Source: Bacteroidaceae bacterium | GTDB lineage: Bacteria > Bacteroidota > Bacteroidia > Bacteroidales > Bacteroidaceae | Length of the DNA stretch: 64,000 nucleotides | Direction: 5' to 3' | Assembly: GCA_045592125.1 (NCBI GenBank) | Contig: JAZNUE010000012.1 | Coordinates: forward strand, 1,137-65,136 | Shown here: piece by piece, positions 50,085 to 58,569 of the stretch | How positions within the stretch are numbered: the first letter of the stretch is position 1 | How the letters are laid out: each line of letters opens with the position of its first letter | The notes under the pieces: generated by a model | What the model was told of the DNA's origin: nothing | What the model saw: the letters and a program-made list of their open reading frames with translations, nothing else | The model's database searches: none | Made by a program: the position numbers and the translations under genes

Positions 50085-52580
50085 TTAATTGTTATTGCTT
50101 CTGTATTCAAGTTCGGCCCATCGTGCAGCCAGCGTCCACAGTTCAATCGCGTGGTATGCTGTCTCCACTCTTATACCTTGTCCTTCACATATATGTTTCA
50201 GGCATTTCTCAATCAGTCCCGACACTTCTTTATATCTTTCTTTCATTCGTCCAAGGTCATATGAAAGCATCCAGTATGTCTTGAAATTGGTTATCCTGTG
50301 GTTTACGATTTTGGCATTCTCGCAATGAATCATCAGCTTGGAAAGGAACGACTTGGGCAAATGTCCGCTTTTAAGTGCAGGAAGCATCTCATCCTTCAGC
50401 TCCTTAACAAACTTGAACTCCTTGTCCCAGTTCAACGGCATTGACATGAACGAGATACTGTTTTTTGATAAAGTGCCGCAGATATGCCCTTTTGCTCTTG
50501 ATTCCTCATCAGCGCTGTATTCTGCAGCTTTCATTATGGGGAACTTGGGCTCCACAATGGCAATACCTCCCGAGAGGGAGAATGCCGGATTACCGCAGGT
50601 GTATCTCCTGAAATCATCTTTTATCCTTTCGGCAATCTCAATGGCAATGTCCCAACGTGCAACAATGAAGACATCATCACCGCCGCTGTAGATTATCTGT
50701 GCCTTTTCGGGTGCTACATCCTTCCATATCGTATTCAGGTAACCCGAGAAGAAATAGTCGAATGAACGTGACAATGCCGAGTAACGCGACAATGTCGCAC
50801 GCTCGGCCGGTATACCTTTCTGGAATATCGTTCCAAGGTTGTCGACATCCATCCTGAGCACACCCATGCGCTCAAAATCACTTCTCTTCCCATTTGCACC
50901 GGCATCGTTTTTACACAGTTCCTCAAATGTCTTTGCTGCTACAATATCGGCCTCATTGCCTCCGTAGAAATCAAGCTGGTATATGTTGTCATTCCCCGGC
51001 AATATATGAATGAAGTTGCAGTGACCATTGCTGCCGTTCAATGTGACAACGGTAACATTATCGGCCGATCCTTTCAACTGCTTTCTTAGTTCACCGGCAT
51101 CTTTTTCATTAATGAAATAGTAGTTATAACCAAGCCCTAACGGAGTGATACATAGACATTCTTTCCAATAAGATAATGGCTCGCCTTCCTTTATTACGAG
51201 CATATTTGTCTTTTTCAGTTCCTTGCCGATGAGAATCTGCTCATTGGTTGTCCTTCTCACATATTGGCCGCCATTGAATGCAACAGGTTGCTCATTGGGC
51301 ATGAAAGGTTCTCCTGTAACAGCGTCTTTCATATTGCCGTTTATTGCCTGCGGAGTAAAGAACCTGTCGTAATTGTTTGCAATGATTGATGAGAATTTCG
51401 CATTCTTCCTCTTTTCACGTTTTTTGAACAAATCACCCCAAACATCGCCAAGGTGCTTGCTGCCCTTGTGAAGAAGCGTCTCTTTTGACAGCTCCACATA
51501 GTCTATAGCCACAAACAGCGCTGTTCCGTGCTCGGCAAGAATCCTCTCTTCGATGTGATTGGTTGCAGTCTGTAATCGTTCTTTTACCTCCTGTGTATTT
51601 GGTGCAAGCATATAAAAGCCGCCGCCCGAGTTGTATATGACATTCGCACTGTAGAGTTCAAGCTCGCGCAACAGATAACGTACAATAACGTCTGACATAA
51701 GACGCAGATAGAATGAGCGTCCCTTGAGGTTCTTGCTTGCGTGCTTGGAAATAATCTGGTATATATACGACTGTATACCGCTGAAGTCTGCACCGATGAG
51801 CAGGAACGGAGCCTCCTCTCCGTTGCCGTTGGCTTTATGCTCGTACAGGCAAACAGCAATAGCAGCAGTCGTTTTCAGGTGGTCGTACAATGAGACATCA
51901 GGAAAATCAATTGTACTTGCCGGGATATGTGATGCATACTTATGTAAAAGACTCAACAGGGTCTCGGCAAGCGAGTGTGCTGAACCATTACCAATCAGTG
52001 TGAACTCTTTTTCAAAATCACTCCACAGAGTGGCATAATCGGGTGCCGCTGTAAATTCATTCTTCTTGCGTGGGAAGAACTCCTGTGACAGAATCATTTT
52101 CTTTATTGGGAGCGAGTAACCCATTTCACCATCTGTTCGCCCTACAGTCTCAAGAACCGATACCATACGCTTCTTCTTGAATGCGTTCCACGATTTCTCC
52201 GCTTCCTGAACATTGCGTAATACTGCAGCTGAATTCCTGTCCATGCCCGATGACAGGCAGTCGGCCTCTTTGAGTATCCTGCCTAACTCGCCAAGCTGGC
52301 TGTCGGCAAGATGATGCCCGGCTGCTATGCTCAATAATGTTTCTGTTTCTGCGTCGTTGACCGCGAACAGTTCCTTGTGGCTGTCAATGAAGTCGGCTGT
52401 CCATAATACATGTTTATGGGAATAGGCACCATTATACACGGGACAGAACGTGCTCTCATCCTTGCTGTGCTCCTGCAGAATCGAGCTGCCGGAGAGGCTG
52501 CCACTGTCGGCTCGTTGTGAGAACTTGCCGATATCGTGCAGTAATGATGCCAGATACAATAAATCCTTTTTACTCTTCAT
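50085..52580 (-). CDS. cas10: Cas10/Csm1 with HD nuclease and GGDD cyclase motifs
   Basis: The N-terminal HD domain reads LASLLHDIGKF. The Palm/cyclase motif IYSGGDDVFIVARWD is present. The protein is 831 aa. Confidence 0.92.
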   Translation of the reverse strand: MKSKKDLLYLASLLHDIGKFSQRADSGSLSGSSILQEHSKDESTFCPVYNGAYSHKHVLWTADFIDSHKELFAVNDAETETLLSIAAGHHLADSQLGELGRILKEADCLSSGMDRNSAAVLRNVQEAEKSWNAFKKKRMVSVLETVGRTDGEMGYSLPIKKMILSQEFFPRKKNEFTAAPDYATLWSDFEKEFTLIGNGSAHSLAETLLSLLHKYASHIPASTIDFPDVSLYDHLKTTAAIAVCLYEHKANGNGEEAPFLLIGADFSGIQSYIYQIISKHASKNLKGRSFYLRLMSDVIVRYLLRELELYSANVIYNSGGGFYMLAPNTQEVKERLQTATNHIEERILAEHGTALFVAIDYVELSKETLLHKGSKHLGDVWGDLFKKREKRKNAKFSSIIANNYDRFFTPQAINGNMKDAVTGEPFMPNEQPVAFNGGQYVRRTTNEQILIGKELKKTNMLVIKEGEPLSYWKECLCITPLGLGYNYYFINEKDAGELRKQLKGSADNVTVVTLNGSNGHCNFIHILPGNDNIYQLDFYGGNEADIVAAKTFEELCKNDAGANGKRSDFERMGVLRMDVDNLGTIFQKGIPAERATLSRYSALSRSFDYFFSGYLNTIWKDVAPEKAQIIYSGGDDVFIVARWDIAIEIAERIKDDFRRYTCGNPAFSLSGGIAIVEPKFPIMKAAEYSADEESRAKGHICGTLSKNSISFMSMPLNWDKEFKFVKELKDEMLPALKSGHLPKSFLSKLMIHCENAKIVNHRITNFKTYWMLSYDLGRMKERYKEVSGLIEKCLKHICEGQGIRVETAYHAIELWTLAARWAELEYRSNNN

Positions 52581-53265
52581 CTCTGTTGCTATTTCTTTTT
52601 TTTACTATTGTTCCGTAACCTATGCTTGCGTGTTTGCCCATTCCTGCATAATCGGGAATAGAAAGATTCGACTTGAACTCGATGTCGAATGACATGAGCT
52701 TTATTCCTTTGGCTCTGACAATACGCGGCGAGGACACCTCTGTTATGTTGCACAGAATCTCCTTGTCAATGTGTATTCCCAGTCCTTTTGTCATCGACAG
52801 CATATTGCCGATGAGTATGTTCTGCAAGAAAAGCGCCTTCTCGGCAACGCCTTCTATCGAGGTGTATTTCCTGTAGTTATCCTGATTGAACGGCAACCAC
52901 TTCCTCAGCGTGTATGTAAACATTGTGTCCCATACCTGTATCACGAATTTTCGTGGTTGCAGTCTTTCGAGGTTAAGTTCCACAAGTTGCTCCCCCATCA
53001 TGAATTTCATATTCTGCGTAGCAAAGAATTCACCGACGGTGTTGCATCCTTCTCCAAAACATACTATCGCAGCCTTGCGGTTTATTCTCTTGTATTGTAT
53101 CAAAGGGTAAGAGTAACGGAATCCCTCATCGGACAAATGGTTGTGGAACAAAACATTTGCGTCATGTTCCATAATGGAAAGCACGCCGCTCCTGAGCAAA
53201 GGCACTTCGTTGAACCTTAGTTCATTACTGAATCTAATTACAAAAACATCTATTCTGTTGTGCAT
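52570..53265 (-). CDS. cas6: Cas6 family CRISPR RNA endoribonuclease
   Basis: 231 aa. Motifs seen are YSYPLIQYKR and the C-terminal glycine-rich loop GMGKHASIGYGTI. It is the first gene after the array and overlaps cas10 by 11 nt. Confidence 0.75.
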   Translation of the reverse strand: MHNRIDVFVIRFSNELRFNEVPLLRSGVLSIMEHDANVLFHNHLSDEGFRYSYPLIQYKRINRKAAIVCFGEGCNTVGEFFATQNMKFMMGEQLVELNLERLQPRKFVIQVWDTMFTYTLRKWLPFNQDNYRKYTSIEGVAEKALFLQNILIGNMLSMTKGLGIHIDKEILCNITEVSSPRIVRAKGIKLMSFDIEFKSNLSIPDYAGMGKHASIGYGTIVKKRNSNRDEE

Positions 53266-53342
53266 TATTGTTTCTTTCTAATCAAATCATCTGGTTGAGA
53301 TTTTAATCTCGTTTACAATATTAATATTTATTTGATAAAGAA

Positions 53343-53350
53343 ACAAATAT
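53343..53350 (-). promoter_or_regulatory. TAnnTTTG promoter motif for cas6-cas10-csm2-5
   Basis: The minus strand reads tatatttg ~78 nt upstream of the cas6 ATG. Confidence 0.35.
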
Positions 53351-53430
53351 AACGTCTATTTATAGTCATAAAAATATTGATTCGTTGAACAATGTACGGT
53401 CAACTTAAAGAATACTGTTCTTGCATATAC

Positions 53431-53470
53431 AACCCACCCTTGATATCCAGAAGGATAACGAGGGTGGGTT
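53431..53470. repeat. Hairpin abutting the leader-distal end of the CRISPR array
   Basis: AACCCACCCT-n20-AGGGTGGGTT has an inner TATCC/GGATA pairing. The 3' arm overlaps the first 3 nt of the degenerate terminal repeat. Confidence 0.55.
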
Positions 53471-54288
53471 GTACTTCCTTGTTATAATGGATAGTATTTA
53501 CAGGGGTGTTTGGGGATTTGCTCGCCAATTTTTGTTGTAATCCTTGTTATAATGGATAGTATTTACAGGGTATGAATACTATTAGAGCAAAGCCTTAAGT
53601 TGTAATCCTTGTTATAATGGATAGTATTTACAGGTTTTATGGCAAACCAAAACCTATATATCAGTTGTAATCCTTGTTATAATGGATAGTATTTACAGGT
53701 GAAGAAGGTATGTATCAGGAGCCTCAAGTTGTAATCCTTGTTATAATGGATAGTATTTACAGGAAGAGGTAGTAATGGAGGGTATCTTCACTAGTTGTAA
53801 TCCTTGTTATAATGGATAGTATTTACAGGTTTTATGGCAAACCAAAACCTATATATCAGTTGTAATCCTTGTTATAATGGGTAGTATTTACAGGATTGCT
53901 CTGTGAATGAAGCTTGGTGCGGCGTTGTAATCCTTGTTATAATGGATAGTATTTACAGGTAAAATGCAGTGGTACATGGAAAGCGAAGCGTTGTAATCCT
54001 TGTTAAAATGGATAGTATTTACAGGTGCTGATGCCATTATAACAGCCGACGGGGGGTTGTAATCCTTGTTATAATGGATAGTATTTACAGGGAGCAGTTA
54101 ACAGGCGCGAAGCCTCAAGCGGTTGTAATCCTTGTTATAATGGATAGTATTTACAGGGAGAGGATGGCACGTCAGGTAGCTAATATGGTTGTAATCCTTG
54201 TTATAATGGATAGTATTTACAGGGAATGATTACAAAGATTGAAGGAAATGTCGTTGTAATCCTTGTTATAATGGATAGTATTTACAGG
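53468..54288 (-). CRISPR. CRISPR array: 13 repeats of 36 nt and 12 spacers of 28-30 nt
   Basis: The plus-strand repeat is GTTGTAATCCTTGTTATAATGGATAGTATTTACAGG. Repeat starts are 53468 (degenerate, 37 nt), 53534, 53599, 53664, 53728, 53794, 53859 (A>G), 53924, 53990 (T>A), 54056, 54122, 54188 and 54253. Minus-strand transcription is inferred from the 3' repeat end ...ATTACAAC (an 8-nt tag like AUUGAAAC-type handles), from the degenerate repeat lying at the low-coordinate end, and from co-orientation with the cas genes. Confidence 0.95.
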
Positions 54289-54480
54289 GACGTAATCTGT
54301 AATTTGTTTGTATTCCGTATGTTTTGTCGGTTTTGGGAGGTGAAAAACGACCTCTTTTGCGCAAATAGTATCAAGCTGACCTCATTTTTTTTGTTTGTAA
54401 TCTCTAAATATTGTCTTCATTTCATTAGCGGAATGACATTTAATGCGAATATATTAAACATTTCAAAGAACTGCAAATAA
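54289..54480 (-). other. Putative CRISPR leader (AT-rich)
   Basis: About 190 nt of AT-rich non-coding sequence adjoin the non-degenerate end of the array. No clean TAnnTTTG motif was found. Confidence 0.45.
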
Positions 54481-54484
54481 AATT

Positions 54485-54839
54485 TTACTCAACCACTATT
54501 GTTTGTTCAAGCAACAGCAAACGTGTAATTTTGCTATCGTTTGTTGACATCTTGGGATGTTTCAATCTCCTTGACATCCTTGCGATATCGGTACATATCC
54601 GCTGCATAGTATGCTCCACGTTCGGTAGCGTAGCAATATCCCGACACGCGGAAGGTCGAGCCTGTCGGCGTCGAAGCAGGTGTCTATCGTGATGTCGCCT
54701 ATCCTGTGGCACACTGCATGCAGTTCGCATGCTTTGCGCAGCTACGCAACTTCAATATGTTTTCGGCTGCACGCTTGCACTCTCCCAACTCCCAGCCTTG
54801 CTTTGCAAACTCCTTTATCTGTTCAATCATAGCAGTCAT
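54485..54839 (-). pseudogene. Decayed gene remnant (HD-domain-like C-terminal fragment, frameshifted)
   Basis: An ATG overlaps the patatin stop (ATGA) and opens MTAMIEQIKEFAKQGWELGECKRAAENILKLRSCAKHANCMQCATG*. A second frame continues GDITIDTCFDADRLDLPRVGI, and a third frame finishes at 54485. The DADRLDL.RVGI motif recalls a small HD-domain family. Confidence 0.3.
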
Positions 54840-55693
54840 TTTATTTCAAACTCAATCTTTGCGGCGCAGTCGTAGCCTTCCTGGTACAGTGCCAGGAGCT
54901 TGGCGGTGTCGCGCTCCATGCGGTCTACCTCAATTGGGCGTTCGGGGCGTATTACAACTGCCCTGCCCTCCTCTTCCATGCGCTCTATCATCTCAATCTG
55001 GCTGTTGTATATTGAGTTGCGGGCGCGGATGGCCTCTTTAAGCCTGGGATACTTGCGGTACATGAAGAATGGCACTCTTGTGCCCTTGGCCGGCTTGCGG
55101 TAGCCTTTGTTGCGGGTGAGCACAATCACAGGCCTGTCGAATCCTTGCTCAATGGCCCTTTTCACGGGAAGCGAGTCGGCAACGCCGCCGTCGGCCATTG
55201 GAATGCCGTCGACATATGCTATGGGGCACACGAACGGCAGGCTGCTCGATGCCTTCACGATGTCAATCACGCGCTTGGGGTTGTTCTTCTCCTCAAAGTA
55301 GCAGGCCTTGCCGGTGAGGCAGCTTGTTGTTACAATCTCCAGCCTTTCGGGGCAACGTGCAAGCGCGTCGTAGTCATAGGGGTATATCTCCTCGGGCAGC
55401 TTGTGGAACAGCAGGTCGAAGTCCATTATGTTGCCAGTGGCCAGCAGCCTGCCTATGCCAATGTAACTGTACTTCTCCATCATGTCGATGTTGGAGAACT
55501 TCGCCCTGCCTCGCTGGCTTGACAGGTAGGAGAGCGCATTGCATGCTCCAGCGCTCACTCCAATTGTATAAGGAAAGCGTATGCCGCGGTCCATGAAGCT
55601 GTCGAGTACCCCAATGGTGAAGATTCCGCGCATGCCGCCGCCCTCAAGAATCAGCGAGGTCCTTTCTGTTATCTCTACTTTCTTGTTGCTCAT
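54836..55693 (-). CDS. Patatin-like phospholipase
   Basis: The oxyanion motif EGGGMRGIF, the nucleophile motif GVSAGA (GxSxG) and a later catalytic Asp context (DGGVADSLP) are present. 285 aa. Confidence 0.85.
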   Translation of the reverse strand: MSNKKVEITERTSLILEGGGMRGIFTIGVLDSFMDRGIRFPYTIGVSAGACNALSYLSSQRGRAKFSNIDMMEKYSYIGIGRLLATGNIMDFDLLFHKLPEEIYPYDYDALARCPERLEIVTTSCLTGKACYFEEKNNPKRVIDIVKASSSLPFVCPIAYVDGIPMADGGVADSLPVKRAIEQGFDRPVIVLTRNKGYRKPAKGTRVPFFMYRKYPRLKEAIRARNSIYNSQIEMIERMEEEGRAVVIRPERPIEVDRMERDTAKLLALYQEGYDCAAKIEFEIK

Positions 55694-55901
55694 GTTGCAA
55701 AAGTACTAATTTATACAGAGATTATGAACACTGGCAGGGTGAAAAATAAACGTCCCCGACCTGTATATTTGAAAATGTAACAAATGCTTCCGATAATGTG
55801 CCGTCTCTTTAAAATATTATAAATATGGCATATTCCGCTTTGTATTACATGATATTTTCCTATATTCGCATACCATAAACCATAAACACTTTCATGATAT
55901 T

Positions 55902-56462
55902 ATGAAAAAGATTTTTCTGCCAATTTTACTTTTTGGATTTTTAGCGTGCAGCCACTCTTTTGCACAAGAGAATAATGCCGGCACAGCAAAGAGCGATGTA
56001 ACAGTATATGAGCACGACTACATTGTTAAGGTTGGCGACACGGCCCCCGACTTCACCCTTGAAATGCTTGACGGCACCAGGTTCACCCTCTCCGAGAACC
56101 GCGGCAAGGTTGTTATGCTGCAGTTCACCGCCGGCTGGTGCGGAATATGCCGCAAGGAGATGCCCTACATTGAGAGCGACATATGGCAAAGGCACAAGGA
56201 TAACAAGGATTTTGTGCTTGTGGGCATTGACCGCGAGGAGACAAGAGAGGCTATACTGCCGTTCATTGAGAAAGTGGGTACTACCTACCCCATTGCCATG
56301 GACACCAACGGCGATGTGTTCGCAAGCTATGCGCTGCGCGGTGCAGGCATAACACGCAACATACTAATTGACCGCGACGGCAAGATTGTAATGCTCACCC
56401 GCAAGTTCGAAGAGGCCGAGTTCAAGGCGCTTGTAGAGAAGATTGACGCAATGCTGGAGTAA
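55902..56462 (+). CDS. TlpA-family thiol:disulfide oxidoreductase, lipoprotein
   Basis: The signal/lipobox is LLFGFLAC and the thioredoxin motif is FTAGWCGICRKEMP. Confidence 0.85.
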   Translation: MKKIFLPILLFGFLACSHSFAQENNAGTAKSDVTVYEHDYIVKVGDTAPDFTLEMLDGTRFTLSENRGKVVMLQFTAGWCGICRKEMPYIESDIWQRHKDNKDFVLVGIDREETREAILPFIEKVGTTYPIAMDTNGDVFASYALRGAGITRNILIDRDGKIVMLTRKFEEAEFKALVEKIDAMLE

Positions 56463-56584
56463 TGTGAACGGAAAGCGGAAAGGCAAAAACTGGAAACGGG
56501 CTAAAGGCTACTAGAACTGACAGAGTCCACCAATGCAATCTCTCCCGCTTGGCAGTCTATTCCCATTGGCGCAGGCTATAAATG

Positions 56585-56620
56585 ACAATCAGGAGCGCAC
56601 CTGCGTGCGCTCCTGATTGT
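56585..56620. terminator. Perfect 16-bp hairpin
   Basis: The stem is ACAATCAGGAGCGCAC-CTGC-GTGCGCTCCTGATTGT. Confidence 0.6.
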
Positions 56621-56639
56621 ATAGTCATTAGACAGCTGT

Positions 56640-56721
56640 TTACTCCTCGAATCCGTTAGGATTGTTCTTCTGCCAGTTCCAACTGTCGCGGCACATGTCC
56701 TCAATGCCGAACTGGGCCTTG
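56640..56721 (-). pseudogene. Orphan 3' fragment of a second galE allele
   Basis: It encodes [26 protein letters not shown], which is identical in protein to the real galE C-terminus at 56817-56897. It differs at roughly 10 nucleotide positions, which are synonymous. Confidence 0.75.
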
Positions 56722-56812
56722 ACAAAGTCAACTTTCCGCACCCCACGCGGCACAAACTTCGTCTGTGCTTCGCGTGACTGATTGCTGTTGACTTTGCCGA
56801 AACTTGCTCGTT
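56722..56812 (-). repeat. Intergenic repeat family B, inverted diverged copy
   Basis: The reverse complement (...CGGCAAAGTCAACAGCAATCAGTCACGCGAAGCACAGACGAAGTTTGTGCCGCGTGGGGTG...) aligns with the 15837-16027 units at roughly three quarters identity by eye. Confidence 0.65.
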
Positions 56813-56816
56813 CTAT

Positions 56817-57833
56817 TTATTCCTCGAAACCGTTAGGATTGTTCTTCTGCCAATTCCAGCTGTCGCGGCACATGTCTTCAATACCGAACTGCGCTTTCCA
56901 ACCAAGCTCTGCCTCGGCCTTTGCAGGGTTGCAGTAGCATGTAGCGATGTCACCCGGGCGGCGTGGCTTGATTGCATAGGGAACGGGAACGCCGTTGGCC
57001 TTCTCGAATGCCTTCACAACGTCGAGCACTGAATAGCCGTGGCCTGTACCGATGTTGTAGATAGCGATACCCTTGTTCTCGACTATGGCCTTGAGGGCTG
57101 CAACGTGAGCGCGCGCAAGGTCAACAACGTGGATGTAGTCGCGGACGCCTGTACCGTCGTGTGTGTCATAGTCGTTGCCGAACACGCCCAGCTCGGCGCG
57201 CTTGCCCACTGCCGTCTGAGTGATGTAAGGCATCAGGTTGTTAGGAATACCGTTGGGGTTCTCGCCAATTGTACCGCTCTTGTGCGCGCCAATTGGATTG
57301 AAGTAGCGCAGGAGAACAATATTCCACTCGTTGTCGGCCTTCTGCACGTCCATGAGAACCTCCTCGAGCATTGACTTTGTCTGGCCGTAAGGGTTAGTGC
57401 AGTGGCCCTTGGGGCACTCCTCGGTGATGGGGATGATGGCCGGGTCGCCATATACGGTTGCACTTGACGAGAAAATCATGTTCTTGCAGCCGTTCTTGCG
57501 CATAACGTCAACAAGCACAAATGTACCGTTCATGTTGTTCTCATAGTACTCTAGTGGCTTAGCGCAGCTCTCGCCCACAGCCTTGAGACCGGCAAAGTGG
57601 ATACATGCGTCGAACTTGTGCTCGTCGAACACCTTCTGCAGTCCCTCGCGGTCGCGGATATCAACCTTGTAGAAGGGAACCTCCTTGCCAATAATCTTGG
57701 CAACACGCTTCAGGGAAATTGGAGAAGAGTTGTCAAGGTTGTCAACTACTACAGCCTCATGGCCTGCCTCGGTAAGCTCAATCAGAGTGTGGCTTCCAAT
57801 GAAGCCAGCACCGCCAGTCAATAGGATTTTCAT
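56817..57833 (-). CDS. galE: UDP-glucose 4-epimerase
   Basis: Motifs seen are MKILLTGGAGFIGSH, the YGQTK catalytic motif, and C-terminal conservation. 338 aa. Confidence 0.93.
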   Translation of the reverse strand: MKILLTGGAGFIGSHTLIELTEAGHEAVVVDNLDNSSPISLKRVAKIIGKEVPFYKVDIRDREGLQKVFDEHKFDACIHFAGLKAVGESCAKPLEYYENNMNGTFVLVDVMRKNGCKNMIFSSSATVYGDPAIIPITEECPKGHCTNPYGQTKSMLEEVLMDVQKADNEWNIVLLRYFNPIGAHKSGTIGENPNGIPNNLMPYITQTAVGKRAELGVFGNDYDTHDGTGVRDYIHVVDLARAHVAALKAIVENKGIAIYNIGTGHGYSVLDVVKAFEKANGVPVPYAIKPRRPGDIATCYCNPAKAEAELGWKAQFGIEDMCRDSWNWQKNNPNGFEE

Positions 57834-57975
57834 TTCAGTAAAGTTTGTTATAATGTTTATAGGTTGTCCATACGGCCAGCCCCCAAAGGAGCATAAATTA
57901 TCGCAAATTTAATGAATTTTATCCAATAGCAAAATAAATGAGGATTATTATTGAAATTTATCGGCCTGTATGGTT

Positions 57976-58569
57976 TCATATTGAAAACACCATGTCGTCA
58001 TGCGCCCTCGCCTTTTTAATTATTTTATCTTTAATGCCGGCAAGAAACTCATTCTCAGGAGTGTGCTTTTCAAGAAGGTCTATGCACTCGCCGAACTTGC
58101 CAGTTTCCCGCAGAAACTCGGCCTTGAGGATTATATTGCCTGTGAATACCTGCTGCTTGAGAATGCCTGACATAAGATCCTTGAACACAGCAGCCTGTGC
58201 CGTGGTTGGCACATTGCCATTGCGGTATATGTCATTGAACGCCCATACAATAGTCAGTGCAAGCAGCTCAAGCTTGTCACTATTAGAATCGCTCAGCATG
58301 CCAAACGCTTCAACCGCCTCCTCAAAAGTGAGCCAGCCTGTTTCAGAAGAGGTGTCATTCCCGTCTACGGCCTTTGCGCTGCTAAGGAAGTAGTAATGCC
58401 CGCAGGCCGGACATTTCTGCACAGGCGACAGCCTAGGCAACATCGGAGCCACCTGCTTGGTGTCGGACCATTGTACACTCCCGAAGGTGTTGCCCGAGAT
58501 AAGCTGAAGCAAATCCTTGCCGCCCCCACAGCTAGGACAAAAAACTGTAATGCAATTTCCTGGTATCAT
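57976..58569 (-). CDS. Hypothetical zinc-ribbon protein with helical C-terminal domain
   Basis: Two CxxC pairs (CPSCGGG ... CPACGHYY) flank the motif ISGNTFGSVQWSD. The C-terminal ~110 aa are helical. No family was recognised. Confidence 0.45.
   Translation of the reverse strand: MIPGNCITVFCPSCGGGKDLLQLISGNTFGSVQWSDTKQVAPMLPRLSPVQKCPACGHYYFLSSAKAVDGNDTSSETGWLTFEEAVEAFGMLSDSNSDKLELLALTIVWAFNDIYRNGNVPTTAQAAVFKDLMSGILKQQVFTGNIILKAEFLRETGKFGECIDLLEKHTPENEFLAGIKDKIIKKARAHDDMVFSI

Noticed and set aside
53570-54121. Three spacers end with a similar string next to the repeat (AGCCTTAA, AGCCTCAA, AGCCTCAAGCG), which might point to related targets or a misplaced repeat boundary.
   Set aside because: Only 8 nt or fewer are shared and the offsets differ by 0-3 nt. 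The other nine spacers lack the string, and the repeat boundaries are consistent across all 13 repeats. It could be chance, and I cannot test significance here.
53468-54288. Assigning the array to a type II-C or VI-B system because of the 36-nt repeat / 30-nt spacer geometry and the GTTG repeat start.
   Set aside because: No cas9 or cas13 gene is present in the window. The repeat does not end in the CAAC typical of Cas13b repeats when read on the plus strand. A cas6-csm operon lies immediately adjacent and co-oriented. The geometry is reported only as an oddity.
54226-54480. 84-aa ORF spanning the last spacer, the last repeat and the leader.
   Set aside because: It reads straight through CRISPR repeat sequence and AT-rich leader, so it is not coding.
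54836-55693. Patatin-like phospholipase as a possible type III/CBASS-style effector linked to the CRISPR locus.
   Set aside because: At 285 aa it is a bare patatin domain with no CARF, SAVED or other sensor. No cyclase partner is present. It lies beyond the leader and a pseudogene, and its composition matches the host flank rather than the AT-rich island. It is more likely a resident housekeeping lipase.
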